This document shows positions 10,396 through 19,794 of a stretch of 64,000 nucleotides of DNA, piece after piece (position 1 is the first letter of the stretch; each line of letters begins with the position of its first letter). A program made the translations under genes and the position numbers. A model generated the notes under the pieces. It searched no databases. It was not told where the DNA came from and was given only the letters and a program-made list of their open reading frames with translations. The DNA comes from Propionivibrio sp. (GTDB lineage: Bacteria > Pseudomonadota > Gammaproteobacteria > Burkholderiales > Rhodocyclaceae): positions 56,899 to 120,898 of the forward strand of contig JASDTF010000016.1 of NCBI GenBank assembly GCA_041441355.1, written 5' to 3'.

Positions 10396-11361
10396 ATGGC
10401 GGTTCGCAAGGTTCTCTTGATCGGTGGCAGCGGTTTCGTCGGAGGCTGGGTCGCCAGCCGGCTTTCGGCCGCGGGCGTCCGGGTGACGATCCCGACCCGG
10501 CGGCGGGAAAACCGCAAACGGCTCCTGCTGCTGCCGACCGTGTTCGAAGTGCAGGCCGACGTGGGCGACCCGCAGACGCTGGCCGCTCTGGTCGAGGGTG
10601 TCGATGCGGTGATCAACCTCGTCGGCATCCTGCACGACCGCGACGACCGTGCGCCCTACGGCGCCGCCTTTGCCGCCGCGCATGTCGATCTGCCGCGCCG
10701 GATCGTCGCCGCGATGCGCAGCGCCGGGGTGCGTCGGCTGTTGCACATGAGCGCGCTGGCGGCGGCGAGCGACGCACCTTCGGCCTACCTGCGTTCCAAG
10801 GCCGACGGCGAAGCGGCGGTGCTTGATGCAGCGGGCGAGCTTGACGTCACGGTATTTCGTCCGTCGGTGATCTTCGGCCCCGGCGACGCCTTCCTCAACA
10901 CCTTCGCCGGCCTGTTGCGCCACCTGCCGGTGCTGCCGCTGGTCGGCGGCGAAGCCCGACTGCAGCCGGTGTTCGTCGGCGACGTCGCCGATGCCTTCGT
11001 CGCCGCGCTCGGCGACCGCGACAGCTTCGGGCGCACCTACGAACTAGGCGGCCCGCGCGTTTACACCCTGCGCGAACTGGTGCGCTACGTCGCCGACCTC
11101 GGCGGCCATCCGCGTGTGCTGGTCGACGTTCCCGCCGGCGTGGCCGCGCTGCAGGCGCGTGTGCTCGGCTGGCTGCCCAATCCGCCGCTGTCGCCCGATA
11201 ACCTGCGTTCGCTCACCGTGCCCAACGTCACCGACGGCAGCCGCAATCCCCCCGCCTGGCAACCGCACGCCCTCGAAGCCGTGGCGCCGGGCTACCTCAC
11301 CCCGCTCAAGCTGCACCAGCGCCTCGGCTTCTACCGCGGGCGCGCCGGGCGCAGCACTTAA
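10396..11361 (+). CDS. NDUFA9-like NAD(P)-dependent epimerase/dehydratase (atypical SDR)
   Basis: GGSGFVG Rossmann motif; HMSAL, SAYLRSKADGE, RPSVIFG, QPVFVGDVA. Confidence 0.88.
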   Translation: MAVRKVLLIGGSGFVGGWVASRLSAAGVRVTIPTRRRENRKRLLLLPTVFEVQADVGDPQTLAALVEGVDAVINLVGILHDRDDRAPYGAAFAAAHVDLPRRIVAAMRSAGVRRLLHMSALAAASDAPSAYLRSKADGEAAVLDAAGELDVTVFRPSVIFGPGDAFLNTFAGLLRHLPVLPLVGGEARLQPVFVGDVADAFVAALGDRDSFGRTYELGGPRVYTLRELVRYVADLGGHPRVLVDVPAGVAALQARVLGWLPNPPLSPDNLRSLTVPNVTDGSRNPPAWQPHALEAVAPGYLTPLKLHQRLGFYRGRAGRST

Positions 11362-11385
11362 CCGCACTCAAGGAGATTCCATCCC

Positions 11386-12012
11386 ATGCAACTCGTCATC
11401 GGCGACCATAACTATTCCTCCTGGAGCCTGCGTCCCTGGCTCGCGCTCAAGCAGGCCGGCGTGGCCTTCGAAGAAGTGGGGGTGCGCTTGTATGCCGGCA
11501 ACACGCGCAGCGAGATCCTCAAGCATTCGCCCTCGGGCAAGGTGCCTTGCCTGATCGACGGCGACACCGTGGTCTGGGATTCGCTGGCCATCTGCGAATA
11601 CGTCGCCGAGCAGGTGCCGGCACTGTGGCCGGCCGACCGCGCCCGCCGCGCCGAGGCGCGCGCCGTCAGCGCCGAGATGCATTCGGGCTTCATGGCCCTG
11701 CGCAAGGGCTTTCCGATGGACGTTCGCGCCGCGTTGCCGGATCACCCGCGCGACGCCGAGATCGAGGCCGACGTCGCACGCATCGTCGCCATCTGGGAAG
11801 GCTGCCGGGCGCGCTTTGCCGCCGACGGTCCCTTCCTTTTCGGGGCTTTCTCGATCGCCGATGCGATGTACGCGCCGGTCGTCTGGCGCTTCCATACCTA
11901 CGGCGTCGCCTTGCCGCCGGCCGCGGCAGCCTGGGCCGAGCACCTGCGCGGCCTGCCGGCGATGCAGGAATGGCGCGCTGCAGCGCTGGCCGAACCGGCG
12001 CGCGGCGCCTAG
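11386..12012 (+). CDS. Glutathione S-transferase family protein
   Basis: NYSSWSLRPWL, SPSGKVPCL, WDSLAICEY, FSIADAMYAP. Confidence 0.9.
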   Translation: MQLVIGDHNYSSWSLRPWLALKQAGVAFEEVGVRLYAGNTRSEILKHSPSGKVPCLIDGDTVVWDSLAICEYVAEQVPALWPADRARRAEARAVSAEMHSGFMALRKGFPMDVRAALPDHPRDAEIEADVARIVAIWEGCRARFAADGPFLFGAFSIADAMYAPVVWRFHTYGVALPPAAAAWAEHLRGLPAMQEWRAAALAEPARGA

Positions 12013-12022
12013 CGGAGCGGGC

Positions 12023-13243
12023 ATGCGGATTTACACCGTGGGCGGCGCCGTGCGCGACGCCCTGCTCGGGTTGCCGGTGCAGGACCGCGACTACGTGGTC
12101 GTCGGCGCCACGCCCGAGGCCATGCTGGCGCGCGGTTTCAAACCGGTGGGCAAGGACTTTCCGGTCTTTCTCCACCCCAAGACGCACGCCGAATACGCGC
12201 TGGCGCGCACCGAGCGCAAGTCGGGGCACGGCTATACCGGTTTTACCTTTCATGCGGCGCCCGACGTCACCCTGGAAGAAGACCTCGCGCGTCGCGATCT
12301 GACCATCAACGCCATCGCCCAGGCCGAAGACGGGACGTTGACCGACCCTTACGGCGGCGCTGCCGACATCGCGGCGCGGGTTTTTCGCCACGTCGGTCCG
12401 GCCTTCATCGAAGACCCGGTGCGTATCCTGCGCGTTGCGCGCTTCGCCGCGCGCTTCGCTGATTTCTCGGTGGCGCCCGAGACGCTCGAACTGATGCAGC
12501 GCATGGTGGCCGACGGCGAAGTCGATCATCTGGTGCCCGAACGGGTGTGGCAGGAATTGTCGCGCGGGCTGATGGAAGCGGCGCCTTCGCGCATGCTCGA
12601 AACCCTGCGCGCCTGCGGCGCCCTGCGCGTGCTGCTGCCCGAGGTCGATGCGCTCTTCGGCGTGCCACAGCGGGCCGATTACCATCCCGAAGTCGATACC
12701 GGCGCGCACGTCCTGCTCGCCCTCGATTGCGCGGCGCGGCGCGCAGCGCCGCTGCCGGTGCGCTACGCGGTGCTGCTGCACGATCTGGGCAAGGCGCTGA
12801 CTCCGGCGGACGACTTGCCGCGCCATCCAGGGCACGAGGCACGCGGTCTGGCGCGCGTCGATGCGGTCAGCGCACGCCTGCGCGCCCCGGTCGAATGCCG
12901 CGACGTGGCCCGTCTCACGGCGCGTTACCACGGCGACATCCGGCGGGGGCCGCAACTGCGGGCCGCGACGGTGGTCAAACTGCTCGAAGAGTGCGATGCC
13001 TTGCGCCGTCCCGAGCGCTTTGCTTTGGTCCTTGACGCCTGCGCCTGCGATTTTCACGGGCGGGCGGGTTGGGAAGCGCAGCCTTTGCCGGCGCCGACCC
13101 TGTTTCCCGATGCGCTGGCCGCCGCGCGGGCTGTCGACGCCGGTGCGATTGCCCGCGCCTGCAGTGAGCGCGAGCAGATTCCGGCGCGGGTGCATGCGGC
13201 GCGTGTTGCAGCGGTGCGTGCCGCCCTGGCGCTGACCGAATAA
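12023..13243 (+). CDS. cca: Multifunctional CCA-adding enzyme with HD phosphatase domain
   Basis: MRIYTVGGAVRD, DRDYVVVG, EYALARTERK, DLARRDLTINA, EDPVRILR, LLHDLGK. Confidence 0.95.
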   Translation: MRIYTVGGAVRDALLGLPVQDRDYVVVGATPEAMLARGFKPVGKDFPVFLHPKTHAEYALARTERKSGHGYTGFTFHAAPDVTLEEDLARRDLTINAIAQAEDGTLTDPYGGAADIAARVFRHVGPAFIEDPVRILRVARFAARFADFSVAPETLELMQRMVADGEVDHLVPERVWQELSRGLMEAAPSRMLETLRACGALRVLLPEVDALFGVPQRADYHPEVDTGAHVLLALDCAARRAAPLPVRYAVLLHDLGKALTPADDLPRHPGHEARGLARVDAVSARLRAPVECRDVARLTARYHGDIRRGPQLRAATVVKLLEECDALRRPERFALVLDACACDFHGRAGWEAQPLPAPTLFPDALAAARAVDAGAIARACSEREQIPARVHAARVAAVRAALALTE

Positions 13244-13284
13244 CAAGGGGTTGTAGGTCGGGTTTTTTTGCCGAAGGAGCCGTG

Positions 13285-13902
13285 ATGATTACGCTTTACA
13301 CTTGGGGAACGCCCAATGGGCGCAAGGTCTCGATCATGCTCGAGGAGTGCGCGCTGCCGTACCGCGTCGAAGCGGTCGATATCACCCAGAAGCAGCAGTT
13401 CCGCCCCGAGTTCGTGGCCATCAACCCCAATTCGAAAATCCCGGCCATCGTCGTCGACGAAGGGCCGGACGGGCAGCCGATGGCCCTGTTCGAGTCGGGC
13501 GCCATCCTGATCTACCTGGCCGAGAAAAGCGGACGGTTCCTGCCGGCCGACGCGCGGGCGCGTTATGCGGCCCTCCAGTGGCTGATGTTCCAGATGGGCG
13601 GCGTGGGGCCAATGTTCGGCCAGACGCATCACTTCCTGCGCTACGCGCCCGAGCCAGTGCCTTACGCGATCGAGCGTTACCGCACGGAGACGGCGCGGCT
13701 GTACGGGGTGCTCAATCGCCGTCTGAGCGAAGCCGATTTCCTGGCGGGCGAATACTCGGTGGCCGACATTGCCACCTATCCCTGGGTGGCGCGCCACGAA
13801 TGGCACGACATCAGGCTCGCTGACTACCCTAACGTCGCGCGCTGGTACGCGGCCATCGGCGCGCGTCCGGCTGTGCAGCGCGGGATGGCGGTGCCGGCCT
13901 GA
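13285..13902 (+). CDS. Glutathione S-transferase, YfcG/YghU-like
   Basis: TPNGRKVSIMLEE, NPNSKIPAI, FESGAIL, QWLMFQMGGVGPMFGQ, YSVADIATYPW. Confidence 0.9.
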   Translation: MITLYTWGTPNGRKVSIMLEECALPYRVEAVDITQKQQFRPEFVAINPNSKIPAIVVDEGPDGQPMALFESGAILIYLAEKSGRFLPADARARYAALQWLMFQMGGVGPMFGQTHHFLRYAPEPVPYAIERYRTETARLYGVLNRRLSEADFLAGEYSVADIATYPWVARHEWHDIRLADYPNVARWYAAIGARPAVQRGMAVPA

Positions 13903-14131
13903 AACGCCGGGCGCATTTCAACGTTCATCCGGCGCGGCGAACGAGACCTGAGGAGGCCTTGGCGCCGCTGTTTTTGCCGACGTCGTGTCAGATAAGTCAC
14001 AACGCTTGACGCACGTCGTGCTTACCTTGAGTCGGAGGATGTGCCGACGGTGGCGCCGGCGCGCTTGAAGAAACGGGTGTCGTCGCTCAATACTGAATGC
14101 CGATCAATTTTCACTGCGTCCAGAATGCGGA

Positions 14132-15418
14132 ATGGCTACGACTGAGGATCTGTCCAGAATCGGGGAGACACCCGACGGCCTGCTCGAGCATCTGCTCAAC
14201 GGCGTCGCCTATTGCCGCCTGCTTTATACACAGGGCCGGGCACATGATTTTCTCTACCTCTACACCAATCCGGCCTTCCATGCGCTGACCGGGCTGGGGC
14301 GCGTCACGGGGCGCCGGGTGAGTGAAATCCTGCCCGAATTCAGCGCCACCGATTCGCCTTTCCTGCAGATGTGCGACCGGGTGGCCCGGGGTGGCGCGCC
14401 GGAACCGTTCGAGATGTTCGTCGCCGCCTGGGGGCAGTGGTATTCCGGGCGGGTCTATGGTCCGCAGGCCGGGCATTTCGTTGCCGTTTTCGATGCAACC
14501 ACCGGGCACAAGCGCACCGAGTTCGCCCTTCAGGAAAGCCTGACCCAACTCCGGTTCGTGCTTGAAGGTTCGGAATTGGGCTTCTGGGACTGGGACATTG
14601 CGAACGGTACGGTCGAGCGCAATGCGCAGTGGGCGAACATGCTCGGCTATACGCACGCGGAGTTGCAAACGACGACGCAGCAATGGTCGGACTTCGTTCA
14701 TCCGGAAGACCGGGCGCGCGCCTGGGACTCGATCTTCGCCGTGGTCGAGGGGCGATCGGCAGCGCACAAGCTCGAGTACCGGATGCTGCACAAGGACGGC
14801 GGCGTCCGCTGGATTCTCGACCAGGCCAAGGTGATGCAACGCGACGCGCAGGGACGGGCGACGCGCATGTGCGGCACGCACACCGACATCACCGAGCGCA
14901 AACTGCTCGAGGAAGAATTGACGCGGCAGGCCCGGGTCGACGAACTGACCGGCGTCCACAACCGGCGTTTCTTCATGGCCCGCGCCGAAAGCGAATTGCG
15001 TCGCGCGGTGCGTTACGGCAAACCGCTGTCGTTGCTGATGCTCGATGTCGATCATTTCAAGCAGATCAACGACAGTCACGGGCACAAGGTCGGGGATGCT
15101 GCACTGCAGACCTTGACCGCGACCTGTCAGTCGGCCTTGCGCGACATCGACGTGCTGGGGCGTTTGGGGGGCGAGGAATTCGCCGTGTTGTTGCCTGAGA
15201 CCGACCTCGGGCTGGCGCTCACCGTTGCCGAGCGCCTGCGCGCAGCCGTCGCGCGGGCACCACTGCCGCTCGAGGACGGCGGGTCGGTGCAACTGAGTGC
15301 CTCGTTTGGGGTGGCGTCAATGCTCGGTGCGGACGATAACCTCGATGCTTTGCTCGGACGCGCCGATCGGGCGCTGTACGCGGCCAAGGACAGCGGTCGG
15401 AACGCAGTGCGTTCCTGA
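14132..15418 (+). CDS. PAS-PAS-GGDEF diguanylate cyclase
   Basis: PAS_3-like WSDFVHPED; DELTGVHNRR; RDID I-site; GGEEF. Confidence 0.9.
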   Translation: MATTEDLSRIGETPDGLLEHLLNGVAYCRLLYTQGRAHDFLYLYTNPAFHALTGLGRVTGRRVSEILPEFSATDSPFLQMCDRVARGGAPEPFEMFVAAWGQWYSGRVYGPQAGHFVAVFDATTGHKRTEFALQESLTQLRFVLEGSELGFWDWDIANGTVERNAQWANMLGYTHAELQTTTQQWSDFVHPEDRARAWDSIFAVVEGRSAAHKLEYRMLHKDGGVRWILDQAKVMQRDAQGRATRMCGTHTDITERKLLEEELTRQARVDELTGVHNRRFFMARAESELRRAVRYGKPLSLLMLDVDHFKQINDSHGHKVGDAALQTLTATCQSALRDIDVLGRLGGEEFAVLLPETDLGLALTVAERLRAAVARAPLPLEDGGSVQLSASFGVASMLGADDNLDALLGRADRALYAAKDSGRNAVRS

Positions 15419-15469
15419 TCGGAGGCTAAGGGTGAGTGGTGGCGTGCGCGCGTCGATCGCGCGCGGCGT

Positions 15470-15673
15470 TCAGGCGAAGGTGTTGACGCTGTTGCCGAGG
15501 TGCGGCGGGTTGCTCGCTGCGGCAGGCGCCGGTTCGGGCAGCGCGGCGATCAGCTGTTGCGCGTTCTGCGCCTGAAGGTCGAGCGTTTTGCGCAGCACCG
15601 CGAGGGTGACGGCGTCGCCGGTACGCGCTTGCTGCGCGGCACTGACGCTGGCGGCGACGGAGGCGATGTCCAT
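15470..15673 (-). CDS. YjfB family small protein (putative motility protein)
   Basis: MDIASVA...AVLRKTLDLQAQNAQQLI...PPHLGNSVNTFA pattern; purine-rich RBS. Confidence 0.8.
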   Translation of the reverse strand: MDIASVAASVSAAQQARTGDAVTLAVLRKTLDLQAQNAQQLIAALPEPAPAAASNPPHLGNSVNTFA

Positions 15674-15761
15674 GGAGCTTTCCTTTCCCAAGTCCGCGCA
15701 TGGCAGCGCGGTCAACCTGATTGTAGGCGATTGCAGGCGTCGAGGTCGACCCTGTGCTTTT

Positions 15762-16934
15762 CTACAGGGTCGCGCTGCGGTCGCCCTGGGCGAAGCCGAG
15801 CAAGGTGTCCTCGATGCCCTTGCCGAGCGCCATGACCTTGAACAGTTCGCCCATCTCGCTCGGGCCGAGCAGCTTTTGCGCCGAGGCGGCGAGCGGCAGG
15901 TAGTGCGCGCGGTCCTCGTAGGGCGTGCGTGCCAGCACCTCGGTCAGGCCACAGTTGAGGAGGAAGACGCCTTGCGTCGTGTAGCCGAGGAAGTCGAGCC
16001 CGGCCGCGTGCCCGGCTTCGACGACGGCGGTGAAGTCCACGTGCGCGGTGATGTCCTGCAAGCCCGGCAGGTAGAAGGGATCGGCGTGGGCGCGGTGACG
16101 GTAGTGGCACATCAGGGTGCCTTCGCTGCGTTGCGGATGGTAGAACTCGTGCCGGGGAAAACCGTAGTCGATCAGCAGCAGGGCGCCATGGCCGAGGATG
16201 GGCGCCCAGGCGGCGGTCCAGTCGCCTGCGGCGAGGCCGATCTCGCTCAGGTAGCCGGTGGGCAGTTCGGTTTCGGCGGCGAGCTGCTGCGCGCGTTCGA
16301 GCAGCCGTCCGCTGGCCGGTCGGTCGCGCCAGACGAAACGTTCGCTTTCGACGCTCACCCCGCGCTCGAAGACCGCCTCCGGCGCTTCCTCAGCCCCCCA
16401 GACGACAAGGTGTACCGGCAAGGCGTCGAGCAACTCGTTGGCCAGCACCAGTCCGTCGAAACGCTCGGGCAGGCGGTCGAGCCAGCGGACGCGCGGCACC
16501 AGGTGCGGCGCGCGTTCGGTCAGCGTCGCCTGTTGGCGGGCGCGCAGTTCGCCCGAGAGATCGAGGATGGCGTAGCTCTCGGGCAGCGCCGCGCGTGCTT
16601 CGAGTTCAAGGAGCAGATCGGCAGCGAGCTGGCCCGAGCCGGCGCCAACCTCGACGATGTGCGGCGCGCTGAGGGCCATGATCTGCGCCGTCTGTGCGGC
16701 CAGCGTCTGGGCGAAGAGCGGCGAGAGTTCGGGCGCGGTGACGAAGTCGCCGGCAGCGCCGAACTTGTGTGTGCCGCCGGCGTAGTAGCCGAGGCCGGGG
16801 GTGTACAGCGCGCGTTCCATGAAGCGCGCGAATGACAGCCAGCCGCCGGCAGCGTCGATTTCAGCGGCGATCAGCCGGCACAGTGCAGCGCTGGCAGCCT
16901 GGGCGTCGGGAGAGGGCAGGGGCAGGGCGGTCAT
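15762..16934 (-). CDS. MidA/NDUFAF7-like SAM-dependent methyltransferase
   Basis: FARFMERALYTPGLGYY, GDFVTAPELS, EVGAGSG, ANELLDALP, IDYG, QDITAHVDF. Confidence 0.9.
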   Translation of the reverse strand: MTALPLPSPDAQAASAALCRLIAAEIDAAGGWLSFARFMERALYTPGLGYYAGGTHKFGAAGDFVTAPELSPLFAQTLAAQTAQIMALSAPHIVEVGAGSGQLAADLLLELEARAALPESYAILDLSGELRARQQATLTERAPHLVPRVRWLDRLPERFDGLVLANELLDALPVHLVVWGAEEAPEAVFERGVSVESERFVWRDRPASGRLLERAQQLAAETELPTGYLSEIGLAAGDWTAAWAPILGHGALLLIDYGFPRHEFYHPQRSEGTLMCHYRHRAHADPFYLPGLQDITAHVDFTAVVEAGHAAGLDFLGYTTQGVFLLNCGLTEVLARTPYEDRAHYLPLAASAQKLLGPSEMGELFKVMALGKGIEDTLLGFAQGDRSATL

Positions 16935-17068
16935 GGGGTGGTGAGGCGACAAAAGGGCGATTGTCGCACGGGGAGTGCTAGCCATTTGCCGATCCTGCCG
17001 TTTGGTTTTGCCGGTGCGAAGAATCTATAGTGAAACTGCCGGATCGGCAGAATTGCCGGAAGGAGGCG

Positions 17069-17209
17069 ATGATGGGAAAAGCACATGAATCGAGCAAGGC
17101 GGTAAAAAAAGTCCCGATGATGACGCCCAAGGAAAAGAAAGCCGCGAAACGGGCCAAGAAAAGCCATCGCGGCAATCCACCCTTCCTAGATCTACATCAC
17201 GAGAGTTGA
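17069..17209 (+). CDS. Small basic hypothetical protein, 46 aa (below ORF-track cutoff)
   Basis: AGGAGG RBS then MMGKAHESSKAVKKVPMMTPKEKKAAKRAKKSHRGNPPFLDLHHES*; followed by a terminator. Confidence 0.75.
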   Translation: MMGKAHESSKAVKKVPMMTPKEKKAAKRAKKSHRGNPPFLDLHHES

Positions 17210-17226
17210 GCGTTCCGAACCATGCG

Positions 17227-17262
17227 AAAAGGCCGATGCCGGAATATGGCATCGGCCTTTTT
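17227..17262. terminator. Bidirectional intrinsic terminator
   Basis: aaaa-ggccgatgcc-N7-ggcatcggcc-ttttt between convergent genes. Confidence 0.85.
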
Positions 17263-17295
17263 ATCGGCTCCGCGCCCGGGGTCAGCGTCCTGAAC

Positions 17296-18186
17296 CTAAC
17301 GGGACAGGATCAGTGCCGTGCCGATGACGGTGATCGCAGCGCCGCACCACGCGCCTTTGGCCGGAACGCGACGCAGTCGCAGCCAGAGCAGAGGCAGCAG
17401 CAGGATGGGCGTGACCGAGGACAGAATCGCGACCATGCCCACGTCGCCCCGTTTGAGCGCCAGCAACAGGAGCGTCATGCCGAGCGCCACGCTGACCAGC
17501 CCGCTGAGACCGGTTTGGATCAGCACGGGTAGGGTGGGGCGGCGGACGGGCTGAGCCACCTTGACCCCGAACCACAGCAGGCAGAAGTGGGCGGCGCAGG
17601 CCACGGAAACGCGTATGGCCGACGCTTCGACCGGGTCCATGCCGTCGGCCATGGCGGGTTTGGCGACCAGGGTGCCGAGGGCCTGGCCCAGCGCCGCGAC
17701 GAGGCCCAGCACGATGCCGATGCCAGGATGCCCCTGGTTGGTCTCCCAAGCGTGGTTGTCGGTTTTTCGCTGGCCGAAAAGGATGGCAATCATCACCCCT
17801 GAAATCGTCAGGGCCGCGCCGGCCAGGGCCTGGGCCGACATGCGTTCGCCGAAGACGGCAAAGCCGAGCAGTGCGCTGAAGATGGCGTGGGTGGCGAAAA
17901 GGATGCCTGCGCGCCGCGGCCCGAGCCGGTTCATGGCCGAGAACAAGGCGGTGTCGCCAATGAAGATGCCGATCAGGCCGCTGAGGGCCATCGTGCCGAA
18001 GTGGGTGAACGAGGGCGTCTGAACGCCGTTCAAGACCAGGGTCGTCGCCCACAGCATCGCTGCGACCAGGAGCATGCGCCAGCGCGTGTAGGAAAAAGCC
18101 CCCAGATGACGCGAGGCTTCGACCGACAGCAGGCTGCCGAACGCCCAGCACGCGGCGGCGGCGAGTGCGAAGACGTCGTAGGGCAT
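17296..18186 (-). CDS. DMT/EamA family transporter
   Basis: About 10 TM segments with two EamA-like halves; GIFIGDTALF, AILSSVTP. Confidence 0.85.
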   Translation of the reverse strand: MPYDVFALAAAACWAFGSLLSVEASRHLGAFSYTRWRMLLVAAMLWATTLVLNGVQTPSFTHFGTMALSGLIGIFIGDTALFSAMNRLGPRRAGILFATHAIFSALLGFAVFGERMSAQALAGAALTISGVMIAILFGQRKTDNHAWETNQGHPGIGIVLGLVAALGQALGTLVAKPAMADGMDPVEASAIRVSVACAAHFCLLWFGVKVAQPVRRPTLPVLIQTGLSGLVSVALGMTLLLLALKRGDVGMVAILSSVTPILLLPLLWLRLRRVPAKGAWCGAAITVIGTALILSR

Positions 18187-18208
18187 GGGCAAGGTCTGCG
18201 GTGCCGGG

Positions 18209-18565
18209 TCAGCGCCGTCCGACCGCCCATTTTCCGGCGCCGCCGAGGGCCGAGGCGGCGGCGACAAGGAGCAGGAAAAGGCCGTGCAGATTGCCGAAGA
18301 CGGGCGCCCCGTGCCACCAGCCGGAAACGAGCGGCCAGCCGATGATCAGGGTCAGGCCGAAGCTTGCCAGCGGCATCCACAGCCCGAGCAGCATGAACAC
18401 GCCGCACAGCATTTCGGCCAGATGCAGTCCCCAGTGAACGGCGAGGGCCTGCGTCGTCGGCAGGCGGGCGTGCAGCAAGGGCATCAGTCCGGCCAGGAAG
18501 GCCATGCCGCCGACGGCGAGGCGGAGAAGAAAGAGGGACCAGTCGGTGCGTACTTTGGAAGCCAT
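18209..18565 (-). CDS. DoxX-like small membrane protein
   Basis: 3' part of ORF 18209..19927: LFLLRLAVG, AEMLCGVFMLLGL, GAGKWAVG. Confidence 0.7.
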   Translation of the reverse strand: MASKVRTDWSLFLLRLAVGGMAFLAGLMPLLHARLPTTQALAVHWGLHLAEMLCGVFMLLGLWMPLASFGLTLIIGWPLVSGWWHGAPVFGNLHGLFLLLVAAASALGGAGKWAVGRR

Positions 18566-18627
18566 GGCGCGGTATGTTGTTTGAATTGTTTGGATGCGTG
18601 GGGCGGAGTATAGCCTGTGCCCGGCGC

Positions 18628-19782
18628 TCAGGCTTCCTGCAAATGGCCGCGTCCGGCGTGTTTGGCCGCATAGAGTGCGCGGTCGGCACGGCGACGAAAG
18701 GTGGTCAGGTTGGTGTCGTCGGGGCTGCGGCAGGCGAGGCCGGCGCTGAAATCGAGGGCGAAGCCGAGGTCGGCGCGCGAGCACGCGGCCAGGGCCGCAC
18801 GCAAACGCCGGTCGAAGCTGTGCGCAGCGTCCGGGCGGGCCATCTGGAGCAGGACGCAGAATTCTTCGCCGCCCAGGCGCGCGGCGATGTCGCTCGCGCG
18901 CAACTGCGACTGCAGCAAGCGGCCGAAGAGGCGCAGGGCGCGGTCGCCGGCGTCGTGGCCACGGGTGTCGTTGATCTGCTTGAAGTGGTCGAGGTCGAAG
19001 GTCAGCAGGGCCAGCGGCTGCTCGTAGCGCTGCGCCGAAGCGAACAGGCGTTCGCCCTGGTCGTTCCAGCCCTGGCGGTTGAGGACGCCGGTGAGCGGGT
19101 CGATCAACACCATTTCGCGCAACTGCTGCTCGGCCTCTTCGCGCCAGGCGACGAGGACGGCGACGTTGCTGAGCACCATGGTGACGTTGGCGAGGAGGAA
19201 AAGAAGGGTGTTGATCGGGTGTGGTGTCGTGAAACTCGGGTAGGTGCTGGCAAACAGGGTGATGAAAACCGCGTGCGTGAAGACGAGGGCGGTGATGACC
19301 GCGAAACAGAGGCCGAGGACGTGTCGCCAAGGGCCGACGCGGCGCGTGGGGAAGCGGGTGGCCAGGGTGAGCAGGGCGACCTGTGCGGCGATCAGAACAT
19401 AGGCCCAACTGACCCGGGCAGCGTAGTACTCGAACAGCAGGGCGTAACCGATCGGCGCGACGACGACCAGGCCCAGCAACAGGCGGCGTCCGCGACGGGG
19501 GCCGAGCCAGGCGCCGAGGGCGCGGTAGATCAGCCAGTTGCTGGTGCTGTAGGCGGCCATCGCCAGCGTCGAGAGCAGGAGCCCGGCCCAGGGCGGGACG
19601 TGTTGCTTGGCGAGGATGATGGCGGTCCAGGCAACGGCCTGGACGATCAGCGAACGGCGCGCGTCGCGTGCCGCCGGGCTGAGGCGACGTCCCATGATGA
19701 CGGGCAGCAGCACGGCGAGCACGAGCAGATTGACGACGTTGACGACGAGCAGGGTGTACGGGTCGAGCGGCAGGGCGGGCAC
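18628..19782 (-). CDS. Membrane-bound GGDEF diguanylate cyclase
   Basis: About 7 N-terminal TM helices; DPLTGVLNR, RASD I-site, GGEEF. Confidence 0.88.
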   Translation of the reverse strand: MPALPLDPYTLLVVNVVNLLVLAVLLPVIMGRRLSPAARDARRSLIVQAVAWTAIILAKQHVPPWAGLLLSTLAMAAYSTSNWLIYRALGAWLGPRRGRRLLLGLVVVAPIGYALLFEYYAARVSWAYVLIAAQVALLTLATRFPTRRVGPWRHVLGLCFAVITALVFTHAVFITLFASTYPSFTTPHPINTLLFLLANVTMVLSNVAVLVAWREEAEQQLREMVLIDPLTGVLNRQGWNDQGERLFASAQRYEQPLALLTFDLDHFKQINDTRGHDAGDRALRLFGRLLQSQLRASDIAARLGGEEFCVLLQMARPDAAHSFDRRLRAALAACSRADLGFALDFSAGLACRSPDDTNLTTFRRRADRALYAAKHAGRGHLQEA

Positions 19783-19794
19783 GGGCGGACGTCC

